This document shows positions 10,160 through 21,324 of a stretch of DNA of 64,000 bases, piece after piece. The notes under the pieces are model-generated. The model was not told where the DNA came from and made no database searches. It worked only from the letters and a program-made list of their open reading frames with translations. Made by a program: the position numbers and the translations under genes. The first letter of the stretch is position 1, and every line of letters begins with the position of its first letter. The DNA is from Candidatus Bathyarchaeum tardum (GTDB taxonomy: Archaea > Thermoproteota > Bathyarchaeia > Bathyarchaeales > Bathyarchaeaceae): assembly GCA_024650005.2 (NCBI GenBank), contig CP122380.1, positions 512,001 to 576,000 on the forward strand. The letters are read 5' to 3'.

Positions 10160-10696
10160 ATGTATAGGAAATTCATAAAAATGGGCGACCGATACGTCAA
10201 AATCCTGCAAAAAGGAAAATATTTAATTCCAAAAAATAATATTTGGCTAACCCGAGCAGGTCTTTTATTTGGGTTCATTTTGTTAGATTACTTATTTACA
10301 TTAATTTTTATTAATGCCCCGTACGAAGAAGGCAACCTTCTAGTTAGGTATTTCATGGAAACATATGGAATTTTCTGGGGACTTACCATTTTTGATATTC
10401 TAATCAACATTCCAGTATATTTGATAATCTGTATGAATTCCCATCTTGCTCCTTTGCCTTCTAAACTTTCTAAAATAGTGGATCCAATAATTGACGCCTT
10501 TCTTGCATGGTTTGTAGCTGGATACCACTACAATGGAGCAACAAGTTGGTTCTGGGCAGCTTCAGGATTTACCCGCCAAATTACTGGATTTTTAATTTAT
10601 TTTGCAATAATTATGGTTGTTTATCAGGCTTCAACTATACAGCGAGTATTCAGTATCAAAACAAAGAACACTTCATTATTGGATAATGACCACTAG
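10160..10696 (+). CDS. Membrane protein (DUF5658-like)
   Basis: Several TMs, LDYLFT...EGNLLV motif. Confidence 0.55.
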   Translation: MYRKFIKMGDRYVKILQKGKYLIPKNNIWLTRAGLLFGFILLDYLFTLIFINAPYEEGNLLVRYFMETYGIFWGLTIFDILINIPVYLIICMNSHLAPLPSKLSKIVDPIIDAFLAWFVAGYHYNGATSWFWAASGFTRQITGFLIYFAIIMVVYQASTIQRVFSIKTKNTSLLDNDH

Positions 10697-10809
10697 GTTT
10701 TTTTGTGTGTAGTTTGGTGTGACATGCAAATTTTTAGTATTATACTGTTTGCAAGTGGTTACTACGTAAGAATCTGGCTGCCTCGCCGGTTCAAGTTGAT
10801 GTGAAGTAT

Positions 10810-11352
10810 ATGGTTACTGAGATTCGAAATTTTCATTCCTTACGCGAGCTCAGTGAAAACATAGAAGAAGAAATCAGCTTCTGTAAATCCAACAGTGAAG
10901 AGTACGGGGAACGGTTAGGAGCCATCTTACGGGATAACAAAGAACGCCATGGGGATGAAGAATGGTTCAAGGCTTTAACCGGTCTTCAAGGCTCGGGCAA
11001 AGATGCAAAAAGTAATGGCAAAAGTAAAGGTAAAGGGAAAGGCAAAAAAGGCAAAAAACGAAAGTCAGGTTGGATTCCTTTCAAAGATATTATGTTATCT
11101 AAAGAAAGCTTTGGGGAAGCGCAGATTCTTTTTGATGCAGTAGAAGATATAAAAACCAAAATTGCACAACTAGAAAAAATCCGAGATAATATTGACGACC
11201 TTAAACGTCTTGGTTTGGGGGAAGACATAATTTACATTACTTACATGCGAGAAGGAATCCCCGAAAAAATTGTGCTTTACAAAAAAAACGGGGAAGACAA
11301 ACACAGCAAATTTGAATTCAATGGAAACATAACTCTTGTATGCCCAGCATAA
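10810..11352 (+). CDS. Hypothetical protein with coiled segments and a Lys/Gly-rich linker
   Basis: Long ORF with GKSKGKGKGKKGKKRK segment. Confidence 0.6.
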   Translation: MVTEIRNFHSLRELSENIEEEISFCKSNSEEYGERLGAILRDNKERHGDEEWFKALTGLQGSGKDAKSNGKSKGKGKGKKGKKRKSGWIPFKDIMLSKESFGEAQILFDAVEDIKTKIAQLEKIRDNIDDLKRLGLGEDIIYITYMREGIPEKIVLYKKNGEDKHSKFEFNGNITLVCPA

Positions 11353-11443
11353 GCAGTTTAACTAATGCAACTCTGTATTCGGTCAAAAATCAGTCAAAAC
11401 TGGAACCGTTTTTAGTTTCTTATTATTTGGGATATTAAAGGTT

Positions 11444-12028
11444 CTAGTATGATACTAGAAATGTTCCTATTTCTGCAAAAAAGTTTGGAAATATAGTTAC
11501 TTTTTTGTTTTTTGTCACGTATGTACTGTTTTGTATTTTGAAGTTTCTTTTTTTGCAGTATTCTTTGAAGTCGTTTATGCTTAGAAAATGCAAGTTTGGC
11601 GTTTGGTACCATTCATGGGGCAGCGATGGTGTTACTGGAACTTTTCCTTTAAAAAACATTTGGAACCTAGCAGGATAATATACAAAGTTTGGGAAACTAA
11701 CAATTACTTGTTTTCCAACTCGCAGTGATTCTTTTATAACGAAATCTGGTTTTTTTACCTGTTGAAGAGTTTGACTCAATATCACATAATCAAAGGCATC
11801 ATCAGAATATTCGCTTAATCCTGTGTCAATGTCTTGCTGAAAAACGCTTAAGCCTTGAGCTACACACTCTCCGATTGACTGCTCGTTTATCTCTATGCCT
11901 TGGGCTTGCACTTGCTTTTCGTTTATGAGTAATTTCATTAATTCACCTGTTCCACAGCCAAGATCTAACACGGTGGAATTTTTTTTGACCCAATCTTTGA
12001 TAACCCTGTGCTCTAGTCTAGGTGCCAT
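11444..12028 (-). CDS. metW: Methionine biosynthesis protein MetW (SAM-binding fold)
   Basis: VLDLGCGTG, FDYVILSQTLQ, WYQTPNLHF motifs. Downstream of metX. Confidence 0.9.
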   Translation of the reverse strand: MAPRLEHRVIKDWVKKNSTVLDLGCGTGELMKLLINEKQVQAQGIEINEQSIGECVAQGLSVFQQDIDTGLSEYSDDAFDYVILSQTLQQVKKPDFVIKESLRVGKQVIVSFPNFVYYPARFQMFFKGKVPVTPSLPHEWYQTPNLHFLSINDFKEYCKKRNFKIQNSTYVTKNKKVTIFPNFFAEIGTFLVSY

Positions 12029-12032
12029 TTGT

Positions 12033-13178
12033 TTAGTTCAACTCCTTTGTATGCCCATTACTGACTGTTCTTAGGAAATGTTTAATCAGATGAGTCTCTT
12101 CTTTTACTTCTAGCAAAAATGCATCGTGCCCGTAGGTTGAGTTGATTTCACAATATGTTGTGTCAACGCCCGCTAGCTTGCATGCTTTCACGATTTCTCT
12201 GGACTGATGTGCTGGATACAACCAATCAGATTTGAATGACAACACCAGAACTTTAGCTTTCAATCCCCTGAAAATTTCTGACAGTTTTTTACCATTTACT
12301 AAATTGAAGTAATCCATTGCCTTAGTTATGTACAGATAGGAATTGGCATCAAACCTTTTCACAAAGTTATCGCCTCTATGCTGGAGGTAACATTCTACTT
12401 CAAAATCTGTTCCGAACTTGAATTGTTTTTTAGAATCTTTAAGGCGCCTACCAAACTTGTTGGCCATCGAAGCATCGCTCATGTATGTGATGTGCCCTAC
12501 CATTCTGGCCACGGCTAAACCCCTGCTTGGCAGTGAAGAACCGTAATAGTTTCCATCATTCCAGTTAGGGTCGGCCATGACTGCTTGGCGACCCACTTCA
12601 TTGAATGCAATTTGTTGGGGAGAGTGTTTCAGAGTTGTAGCGATTGGAATTGCAGACAATACTTTTTCTGGGTATGAAACCATCCACTGTAATACTTGCA
12701 TGCCTCCCATGGAACCCCCAACAACAGCATGAAGTTTTTTTATTCTCAAATGGTTAACCAAACGGTGCTGAGCTTTTACCATGTCATTTATTGTAACAAC
12801 TGGGAAATCTGTGCCGTAAGCTTTGCCCGTTTTTGGGTTAACTGATGATGGACCAGTTGAACCATTACATCCAGCAATTACGTTAGAGCAAATAACAAAA
12901 TATTTTTCAGTGTCAAAGGCTTTTCCCGGACCAATCATGGTGTCCCACCAGCCGGGATGCTTGTCGTTTTTATGGAATCCTGCAGCGTGGGCACTTCCCG
13001 AGAATGCATGAAGAACCAAAATTGCGTTGGATTGTTGTGGGTTAAGTTTGCCGTATGTTTCGTATGCTATTGTAACCTGTTCGAGTTTTTCTCCAGATTC
13101 AAGAATTTGCCCTTCAGAATTCTCAAAAGAGTAATGCTGTGTTTGTGTATTGCCAACACTTCCAACGTCTTCGTTCAA
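12033..13178 (-). CDS. metX: Homoserine O-acetyltransferase
   Basis: [17 protein letters not shown] nucleophile, RFDANSY, GHDAFL. Confidence 0.93.
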   Translation of the reverse strand: MNEDVGSVGNTQTQHYSFENSEGQILESGEKLEQVTIAYETYGKLNPQQSNAILVLHAFSGSAHAAGFHKNDKHPGWWDTMIGPGKAFDTEKYFVICSNVIAGCNGSTGPSSVNPKTGKAYGTDFPVVTINDMVKAQHRLVNHLRIKKLHAVVGGSMGGMQVLQWMVSYPEKVLSAIPIATTLKHSPQQIAFNEVGRQAVMADPNWNDGNYYGSSLPSRGLAVARMVGHITYMSDASMANKFGRRLKDSKKQFKFGTDFEVECYLQHRGDNFVKRFDANSYLYITKAMDYFNLVNGKKLSEIFRGLKAKVLVLSFKSDWLYPAHQSREIVKACKLAGVDTTYCEINSTYGHDAFLLEVKEETHLIKHFLRTVSNGHTKELN

Positions 13179-13218
13179 TGGATTTCACCTCGTTTTTCTG
13201 AAAGATTGAATGATGTTT

Positions 13219-14505
<1,287 letters not shown>

Positions 14506-14922
14506 TTATCGCCTTCTTGTATTACCTCAACGAGCTTATAACACTGTTATATACATTCTTGAAAAAAATATTCCAAAAAGAATAATTTTATATGGGTAAA
14601 AATATCAAAAAGCATAAAATGCATAATCACTTAGGTTAATTTTTCTTAAACTCTATCTACTCTGGTAATTTTCCGGTAGATTTACTGTTTTCAAACAAAT
14701 AACAAAAAAGACTGTTAAGTGATACCTTTTTTTCAAAAGAGTAATAAACAGCCAACGTTTTTATCAAGTTGCTAGAATAAAGAACGATGTTAAACTTGAC
14801 TATCTCAAAATATTCTCCTAACATATCAACAACTCGCTTTTTTCTTAATGAAGTATGTTTTCCAAAAAAATGTGCACGTAATTTTCTCGATCATTTTTCG
14901 AACACATAAAGAAGGATAAAAA

Positions 14923-15297
14923 ATGAGTGAAACAAAAAAATGCAGTATCTGTGGATGTGAACTTTCTGAAAATGAAATTTACATCTTGCACGGAAAAAAT
15001 TTATGTGAAGATTGTCACATGGAAGAAACTCATCCTGTAAAGGTCTGTAATCCTTTGCCAGTAATATCGGCTAAAAAAATGGGACAGACTAAACAGGAGC
15101 CGGCAGACACGTTAAATGAACTGCAAAAAGCGATATACACGTATATAATGGACAACAAAAAAGCAACAGTTCAACAACTTTGTACAAAATTCGAATTAAC
15201 CGAAGCACAATTAACAAACCAAATAGCTGTTCTTCGACATCTGCAACTAATTAAAGGACAAAAACAAGGTCATACAATCTACTTTGTCCCGTTTTGA
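14923..15297 (+). CDS. Zn-finger (CxxC..CxxC) plus wHTH hypothetical protein
   Basis: CSICG...LCEDC...CNP, C-terminal HTH-like segment. Confidence 0.6.
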   Translation: MSETKKCSICGCELSENEIYILHGKNLCEDCHMEETHPVKVCNPLPVISAKKMGQTKQEPADTLNELQKAIYTYIMDNKKATVQQLCTKFELTEAQLTNQIAVLRHLQLIKGQKQGHTIYFVPF

Positions 15298-15674
15298 CTA
15301 ACCGACCATTTCAGTGATAGTTTAACCCTGCATATTTGGTATGTATTGAATTGAAAATAAGCCACTTGTAAACCAAACATGTGCTTTTTTTGTATTCCCT
15401 GTTAGATGGGGTTGCAAAGACGTTTAGGTACTTTGAAGAAGATTAACCCCGTGGAAATGTGTAATAACCTCGGTAAATAATGACAAGAGTAAAATTTGTT
15501 GACCCTTAATCCTTCTAAAAAATGGGAGAGTAACCCCCATTAAAGCTATTAACAAAAAACATTTCTGCACTTCAGAGGTCAATAATTAAGTTTCTCACGT
15601 TCATGTTACAAAGTGTTATTGCAGCTGATTAATTTTAAATACATAAAACAACATTAATTACTTGTTGGTCTTTT

Positions 15675-16178
15675 ATGAACTCGATTTTTCGTAATGTGTA
15701 CTTTTGGTTATCTGTAATTTTGTTATTTTTGGCTGCTGTTCTTTTTCTAGGAATTATTTTAGACTTCTTTGATTTCGGATTCATTATAGGTCCATATCGG
15801 TTTAACCATTGGTTAGGTTGGATTGGCACTATTTTTATTGCAACATATGTACCCCTTTTTGTTCTTTTAAAACCAAAATACATTCGAAGAATTCGGCTTC
15901 TTCTTGGAATTCATGTTATTGGTAACTTGATAGCATATCTATTGATAACTATCCATTTTGCAAGTCAAATCAGTCGTCCAGCAGCCTTTTACCCCACTTT
16001 AGGAACAGGAGTTGTGCAATTTATTTTCTTAATTATTCTGGTCACAACAGGTATTTTGCAAAGATTTAACTTGCTAAGTAATTATCGCAAAAAATGGTTA
16101 TTTCTTCACAGAAGTTCGGTTTTAGCACTGTTAATGATTCTATTATTCCATATACTTCATGGACTAGGTTTACTGTAA
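15675..16178 (+). CDS. Polytopic membrane protein with spaced His residues (possible cytochrome b/ferric reductase-like TM domain)
   Basis: About 5 TMs, NHWLGWIG, GIH, IHF, LHR, FHILH. Confidence 0.5.
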   Translation: MNSIFRNVYFWLSVILLFLAAVLFLGIILDFFDFGFIIGPYRFNHWLGWIGTIFIATYVPLFVLLKPKYIRRIRLLLGIHVIGNLIAYLLITIHFASQISRPAAFYPTLGTGVVQFIFLIILVTTGILQRFNLLSNYRKKWLFLHRSSVLALLMILLFHILHGLGLL

Positions 16179-16345
16179 ATCTTTTTACTCAAAGAACTGT
16201 TGAAAAAAACGCACATGCCTCGTATGAAACCTTGTCGTAAAGGCTCAGTTAATGATGCCTTATTTTGCAAAATAAGCTCAAAAATTAAATCCCCAAGAAA
16301 CATTTTTTCTGTGCAGCTGCTCACAATTGACGAATAATTGTTGTT

Positions 16346-18088
16346 TTATCCTTCTAGGGCAGTTTCTGACATCTTGATGTATAGGTTTGCAAATTTTTTA
16401 ACAAGGTCGCGTTCTTCATAGATTGCTGCGCTCCGGCGAAAGAAATTTTCCATTCTGCCCGTTTCTATTCCTATGCCGATAACCAGTACACCTTTTCGTT
16501 CCAAGTTTGTGATAGTTTCTGACAGTGCTATTGGAATTCCTTTATACCCGTAGGGCCATCCGTCGGATATAACTATCAAAAACTTTTGTTCTTCAAACCT
16601 TTTCGAAAGGGAATCTCCCGCAACCTGAATCGCATCCGGCATGTAAGTTAAACCCCCAAACTTGAGCCCACCAATTCTTGCCCTCACTCGACGGGAATAC
16701 GCCTCCTTACTATCCTTCAACACATACAGCTGATCACTGAAGGCAAAAAACGACCACGACGTCGGATCCTTTAACAATTCTTTTGCTGCTTCAGCAATAC
16801 AAATCGCTAATGCCCTGCCGTATTCCCCTTTAACTTTCATACTTGCACTGGCATCAAAAAGTAAACTCCACGCATAACTGCTTTTCAGGTATTCGTTACG
16901 CTTGAACACATCCTGACGAGGAGTACCGCTTGTCATCATCTGAACAACTGCCGGCAAATCCATTTCACCATACAACTTGCCTGCATCCTCATCAAGTTCG
17001 TCTTGCGCCAAAGATAACTTGTTCAGCAGCCTACGGATTGTTCCACGAACCATCTCTTTGGCTCGTAGATACGTGGTGAAATCTTCGCGGGGAAAACTGG
17101 TTGATTTGAATCTGGTCCATGCAACAGCATCTTCAAGCTTTTGTAGCATCCTTTGTTCACGCTCTTCTTGAGTAAACCACGTGTTAAACGCTTGAGTTGC
17201 CTCGGCGCGGCTTTCTTTTCTCCAACACGATTCGATATCATCCTTAGACGGAATAGTCCCACCCAAAGTTTCCAAAGTTTTTCGAAAAATTGGCTCTAAC
17301 TCGATTTGGGATGGCATCCTCTTACGAACAAAAACAGTACACGGTCCATTATCCTCCATGTACTGCAATGACGGTGCCTCTAAAATCGGACCAAAATCCT
17401 CCACAACCTGAACAATTTCCGTTGTAGTATTCACCATTGCCTCGCCATATTCGGTAGATTCCATTGCTAGAGCCATCATCATCTCTTCCTTTAGGGCGCC
17501 GACTTTTTCTACCAACAAATTCACTGCGTTTTCTTCATCTGATTCCAAGGTTCCCTTAACTGCACCCATGTTAAGCCTTGACAAAACCGCCGACATGACC
17601 CGTGTCGCAGGATTAAAAATTGCATTCACTGGTCTAAGCCTATTAAAAGCCAACGAATTCGCATAGGCAATATCTGCAAGCTTGTCAGGGTACCACGCAG
17701 TCAAATACGCATTAACAAAAACATCGTTAACCAACGAATTCACAAAATTACCCAACATCGACCTACTGTTCGATGGTGCAACCGCTTCAGAATTAACTTT
17801 AATCAACGTATGGGTAGTCAAATGGTAAACACAAGCCCGAAATAGGCGACCAACTTTGTCTTTTCCGTTGTCGTCTGCGGGATAAGTATAACCCAAAAAC
17901 GACACAGTTTTTTCTTGTGTTTCTGGGTTCTCAGTCACAACGGGCAACGGCAAAGTAACATTAAAACCCTCTTTGCTTTGGGTCAGGGTGGGTTGTTTTA
18001 GGTTTAGGTCTACACAGATTCCTGTTTTCATGTTGTCTTTTTGCAGGGAAAGCAACACCGCATAATCTAAAAATCCCATAACCCTCAA
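16346..18088 (-). CDS. VWA-domain protein (CbbO/NorD-like)
   Basis: C-terminal MIDAS DASAS, GLT, VISDGWP. Follows MoxR-type ATPase. Confidence 0.85.
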   Translation of the reverse strand: MRVMGFLDYAVLLSLQKDNMKTGICVDLNLKQPTLTQSKEGFNVTLPLPVVTENPETQEKTVSFLGYTYPADDNGKDKVGRLFRACVYHLTTHTLIKVNSEAVAPSNSRSMLGNFVNSLVNDVFVNAYLTAWYPDKLADIAYANSLAFNRLRPVNAIFNPATRVMSAVLSRLNMGAVKGTLESDEENAVNLLVEKVGALKEEMMMALAMESTEYGEAMVNTTTEIVQVVEDFGPILEAPSLQYMEDNGPCTVFVRKRMPSQIELEPIFRKTLETLGGTIPSKDDIESCWRKESRAEATQAFNTWFTQEEREQRMLQKLEDAVAWTRFKSTSFPREDFTTYLRAKEMVRGTIRRLLNKLSLAQDELDEDAGKLYGEMDLPAVVQMMTSGTPRQDVFKRNEYLKSSYAWSLLFDASASMKVKGEYGRALAICIAEAAKELLKDPTSWSFFAFSDQLYVLKDSKEAYSRRVRARIGGLKFGGLTYMPDAIQVAGDSLSKRFEEQKFLIVISDGWPYGYKGIPIALSETITNLERKGVLVIGIGIETGRMENFFRRSAAIYEERDLVKKFANLYIKMSETALEG

Positions 18089-18103
18089 CCCTAGGGTGTA
18101 ACA

Positions 18104-19129
18104 TTACTGAGGAGGAGGAAACACAGACTCCACAATTCTTCTAACATCGTCTTGAACTTCGATGTTGTCACTTGTTAGTGCAATAATGGTTTCTTCAGCT
18201 GCAACGTTAGGGGTATTGCCATCATAAACCAAAGTTGCCCAGTTGATCAAGTCACCAAGAGATGGACCATAAGGCAAATCACCTGCCTTGTATTGCCGGC
18301 GTAACTCGGCACCAACCTGAATAATCTTGTAACCCACATCCTCACTGAGTTTTGTACGTTTTATTAGCATATCTACTTCGTTAGGGGAAATTTGCTCCCC
18401 AACACTAGTATAATCAAAGTTAATCCACACTGCCATGCGGCGCCTCATGGCCGCGTTCAACGGCTTAGTGCCAGAGAACTCTGACGAGTGGGGGTTCATG
18501 CTCAAAATCAAATAACCATAGGGATGCCGATGCACACACTCGTTGTCTTTCTCGTTCAAAACCAAGTGGCCACGTGTGTCCAAAACAGGATTCAACCTAG
18601 TAGCGACGTCTTGTTTCATCATGTTTGCTTCGTCAAGATACATAATTCCACCACTGCGCAACCAACGGGTAACCAAACCATCAATCCAGTTTTCTTTACC
18701 TAAACCAATAAAACGCCCAATCAAGTCATACGAAGATGTGTTTAGACCACAGTTGACTTCATAAACTGGCAAACCACACAACTCCGCAACTAGGTATACA
18801 ATGTGGGTTTTTCCTGTTCCTGAAGGACCAATCAATGAACATTGCTTGAAATAATATAAAGCGCGGACGATGCGTTCCACGAACTTGTTTCCGCTGTCAA
18901 TGTAATATGGTGTGCCTTTTGGAATCATTTCATCCATGTGTGCAAAACTGTACCCCGGGTGAAGGTCATATCTCTGGATTTCATACTTGTCGTAAAGAGG
19001 GCATTTGGACATTGGGCGTTCTTTGTCAAGGGTTACTTTGATTTTACCTTTTTCGTTACGGGCAGAAGAAACTAATTTCATTCTGCTTTTTTCTTGTTCT
19101 TCTCGTAAGCCTTGATGACCGTAGCTCAA
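18104..19129 (-). CDS. CbbQ/NirQ/NorQ-family MoxR AAA+ ATPase
   Basis: GPSGTGKT Walker A, MYLDEAN Walker B, LNAAMRRR. TTG 19129 after GGGTGG is the likely start. Confidence 0.88.
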   Translation of the reverse strand: MSYGHQGLREEQEKSRMKLVSSARNEKGKIKVTLDKERPMSKCPLYDKYEIQRYDLHPGYSFAHMDEMIPKGTPYYIDSGNKFVERIVRALYYFKQCSLIGPSGTGKTHIVYLVAELCGLPVYEVNCGLNTSSYDLIGRFIGLGKENWIDGLVTRWLRSGGIMYLDEANMMKQDVATRLNPVLDTRGHLVLNEKDNECVHRHPYGYLILSMNPHSSEFSGTKPLNAAMRRRMAVWINFDYTSVGEQISPNEVDMLIKRTKLSEDVGYKIIQVGAELRRQYKAGDLPYGPSLGDLINWATLVYDGNTPNVAAEETIIALTSDNIEVQDDVRRIVESVFPPPQ

Positions 19130-19322
19130 AAGTCTTCCACCCGTTAAGAAAACTGCTCGGGGAAAGAGATATAAATATTCCGTCTTACGACTTAATATGA
19201 TTACTAGGCATGAACAATACATAACGTTTCATTTTTACATAACTTTGTACGTGTGTCACAAAAACAACACACAAGGGCTTTAGAAAATAAACAAAGACAA
19301 TCAACAAAAAGGATTGATTCCG

Positions 19323-19820
19323 ATGGGCCAAAGTACAGCACAGGAGACTGTTAGTAATGCCAAAACTGCAAAAGCACCACAAATGAGTTTGGACGATCTT
19401 ATAGCATCTATGAAGAGTTTGCATGATGATGTTGGTCAGATTTCGGAGTTGTCTTCTGAGGAGAAGCGTGTTGTTGATGTGTTTTTTGACTCTTTTTTGA
19501 AGTTAATGAAACCCTTGGCCAAGACGATTTCTGTTTCTCCTGAGGCATTGCCTGCTGCTGTTGGCCGTGTGGTGCAGGCAAATGTTGATCCGAAGGGGAA
19601 TTTGATGTTATTGTATGAAGATGGCCAAGTGGATATTCGGAATCTTGCTGAGATAAATGAGCGTGAGTTAATGATTTGTGTTCTTGCGGATGCCATGCCC
19701 AAATTTAAGCAGTTAACTAGTGCTCAGCGTCGAAAGATTGAGGACCGGATGAAGTTTTTGTCTTCGGTTACTCAGGAGATGCAAAAAATTTCAAAGGCTT
19801 TTGCGGAGTCTAATCAGTGA
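19323..19820 (+). CDS. Hypothetical coiled-coil protein
   Basis: Intact ORF divergent from the AAA+ gene. Confidence 0.6.
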   Translation: MGQSTAQETVSNAKTAKAPQMSLDDLIASMKSLHDDVGQISELSSEEKRVVDVFFDSFLKLMKPLAKTISVSPEALPAAVGRVVQANVDPKGNLMLLYEDGQVDIRNLAEINERELMICVLADAMPKFKQLTSAQRRKIEDRMKFLSSVTQEMQKISKAFAESNQ

Positions 19821-19954
19821 ATTTGTTTTTTGTTTCATGTTGTGTGTAGCGAGGTGTTACACACTAAATGGGAAAAATTGAGTTCAGAAAACTATACGCG
19901 ATGGAGAGGCGATTGCGCACATAGTTTGCATGTTGGTAATGCGAGGAATTAAAT

Positions 19955-20449
19955 ATTTCAACCAAAACTGGAGAGTCCGACGTTCAAGTCAAGGTAGATA
20001 TTCTAGGTTTGCGAGCCGTTAGGCTAAAGGACCGTGTGGACGATTCCCAGTTGCATTTTGATGTTAACGCAAAAATGGAAGAAAAAGACAGGCGAAGCGG
20101 CAAACGAGTTGTTGGGTTCGTTTTGACTGTTGGCACAAAACCCAGTATCGCAAAGTTTGAGGTTGAAGGACTTGCTACTCTTGAGGGAAAAAACCCCGAT
20201 ATCGACAAATTACTGGAAGTAAATCCGAAAACCCGTATTCCATTATTGCTTAATCGGGTGTATCAGCAGGTTTTCACTTCAACTTATTTGATGGCAAATA
20301 TTTTGGATACTTCATATCCTCCTCCAGATATGCTTGCCGCTGGTGAGCTCAACAGCTCAGGTGTAAATGGAAACGTAGAATTAGGTAACAACGAAGAAGC
20401 ACCTGCAGAAAAACCTAAAGAAAAGAAGAAAAAAAGCAAAAAACGTTAA
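19955..20449 (+). CDS. SecB-like fold hypothetical protein (start uncertain; ATT 19955 or TTG 20009)
   Basis: Beta-rich N-half then helix ending TSYPPP, reminiscent of SecB. Frame is open upstream to 19940 with GAGG before ATT. Confidence 0.5.
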   Translation: MSTKTGESDVQVKVDILGLRAVRLKDRVDDSQLHFDVNAKMEEKDRRSGKRVVGFVLTVGTKPSIAKFEVEGLATLEGKNPDIDKLLEVNPKTRIPLLLNRVYQQVFTSTYLMANILDTSYPPPDMLAAGELNSSGVNGNVELGNNEEAPAEKPKEKKKKSKKR

Positions 20450-20499
20450 ACAAAATGTGGGTAAGACAAGGACTAGCATAGTTGATTGTTGTTCAGAAA

Positions 20500-21080
20500 A
20501 AAGAAAAAAACATTTTTGAAGGCTAGATTTTTTACCATATTTTTTTCTGATTTTTGATTCAATGAAGTATGCAGTGGGTACCATGTAAATTACAACGATT
20601 ATGTCATAAGGAATCATTAACGGGAAAAATGCAATGATTTCATTTGTTGGGAAATTAAACACCAGTTTGAATCAAACATAAACTACCTGAAGCATTATGG
20701 TAGTTCTGGTTACTATTGCAATAATTGTGGAAATAATCACTTCTTTAGTTTTTGAGGTTTTTGTGAGCTGAAATGAAGATTACCACTTAATTTTTGACCA
20801 AAAACACCCGTCAAAGTAGATAAAGATGAAATAAAATGTGCAGCAGGGTTATTGAATCCACGGTTAGGTATAAGATGCGAAGAGAAAAACTCCTGTTATT
20901 CTGGCAATAAAAGGTGAGTATTATAATCTCATTAGGAGAAAAACGACTAATATGGGTATTTTACAGCATAGGAGCATAATCTTGGAAAAGATGGAAGACC
21001 TAGTCTTGGAACGCTGGGATTAAGAACTATTGTCAATGCAGCAAAAACAATTACCAAAGTAATCTTTTTGGATTCTAACT
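20500..21080 (-). pseudogene. Degraded ECF S-component-like membrane protein
   Basis: Fragments ESKKITLVIVFAALTIVLNPS... and ...IIAFFPLMIPYDIIVVIYMVPTAYFIESKIRK, broken by stops and frameshifts. Ends approximate. Confidence 0.5.
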
Positions 21081-21269
21081 TATCGTTTTAACTTTTAAAT
21101 TGATGTTGTATAAATTATTAATTGATATTCTTGCCTTTTTTCATCGTTTAGGATAAAGTTATGTTTTTATTTTACATTATTTTTTATAAATATTATATGT
21201 TTAAGAAATAAATTGAAGTAAAACTTGTCTTTTACTATATTTTATGGCGTTTTTAGGGTAAATCTGGTG

Positions 21270-21290
21270 CCAAATTTTATATACATTTTG
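21270..21290 (+). promoter_or_regulatory. BRE/TATA promoter of beta-propeller gene 1
   Basis: CCAAATTTTATATACATTTT; matching CCAAAAGTCTTATAAACATTTT at 46504..46525 before the paralog. Confidence 0.5.
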
Positions 21291-21324
21291 TAACAATTAG
21301 GATTCCATAATTGAAGGGAAAAAA

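Noticed and set aside
19843-19925. Small hairpins between the 19323 and 19955 genes
   Set aside because: Short and imperfect; compatible with a terminator or chance.
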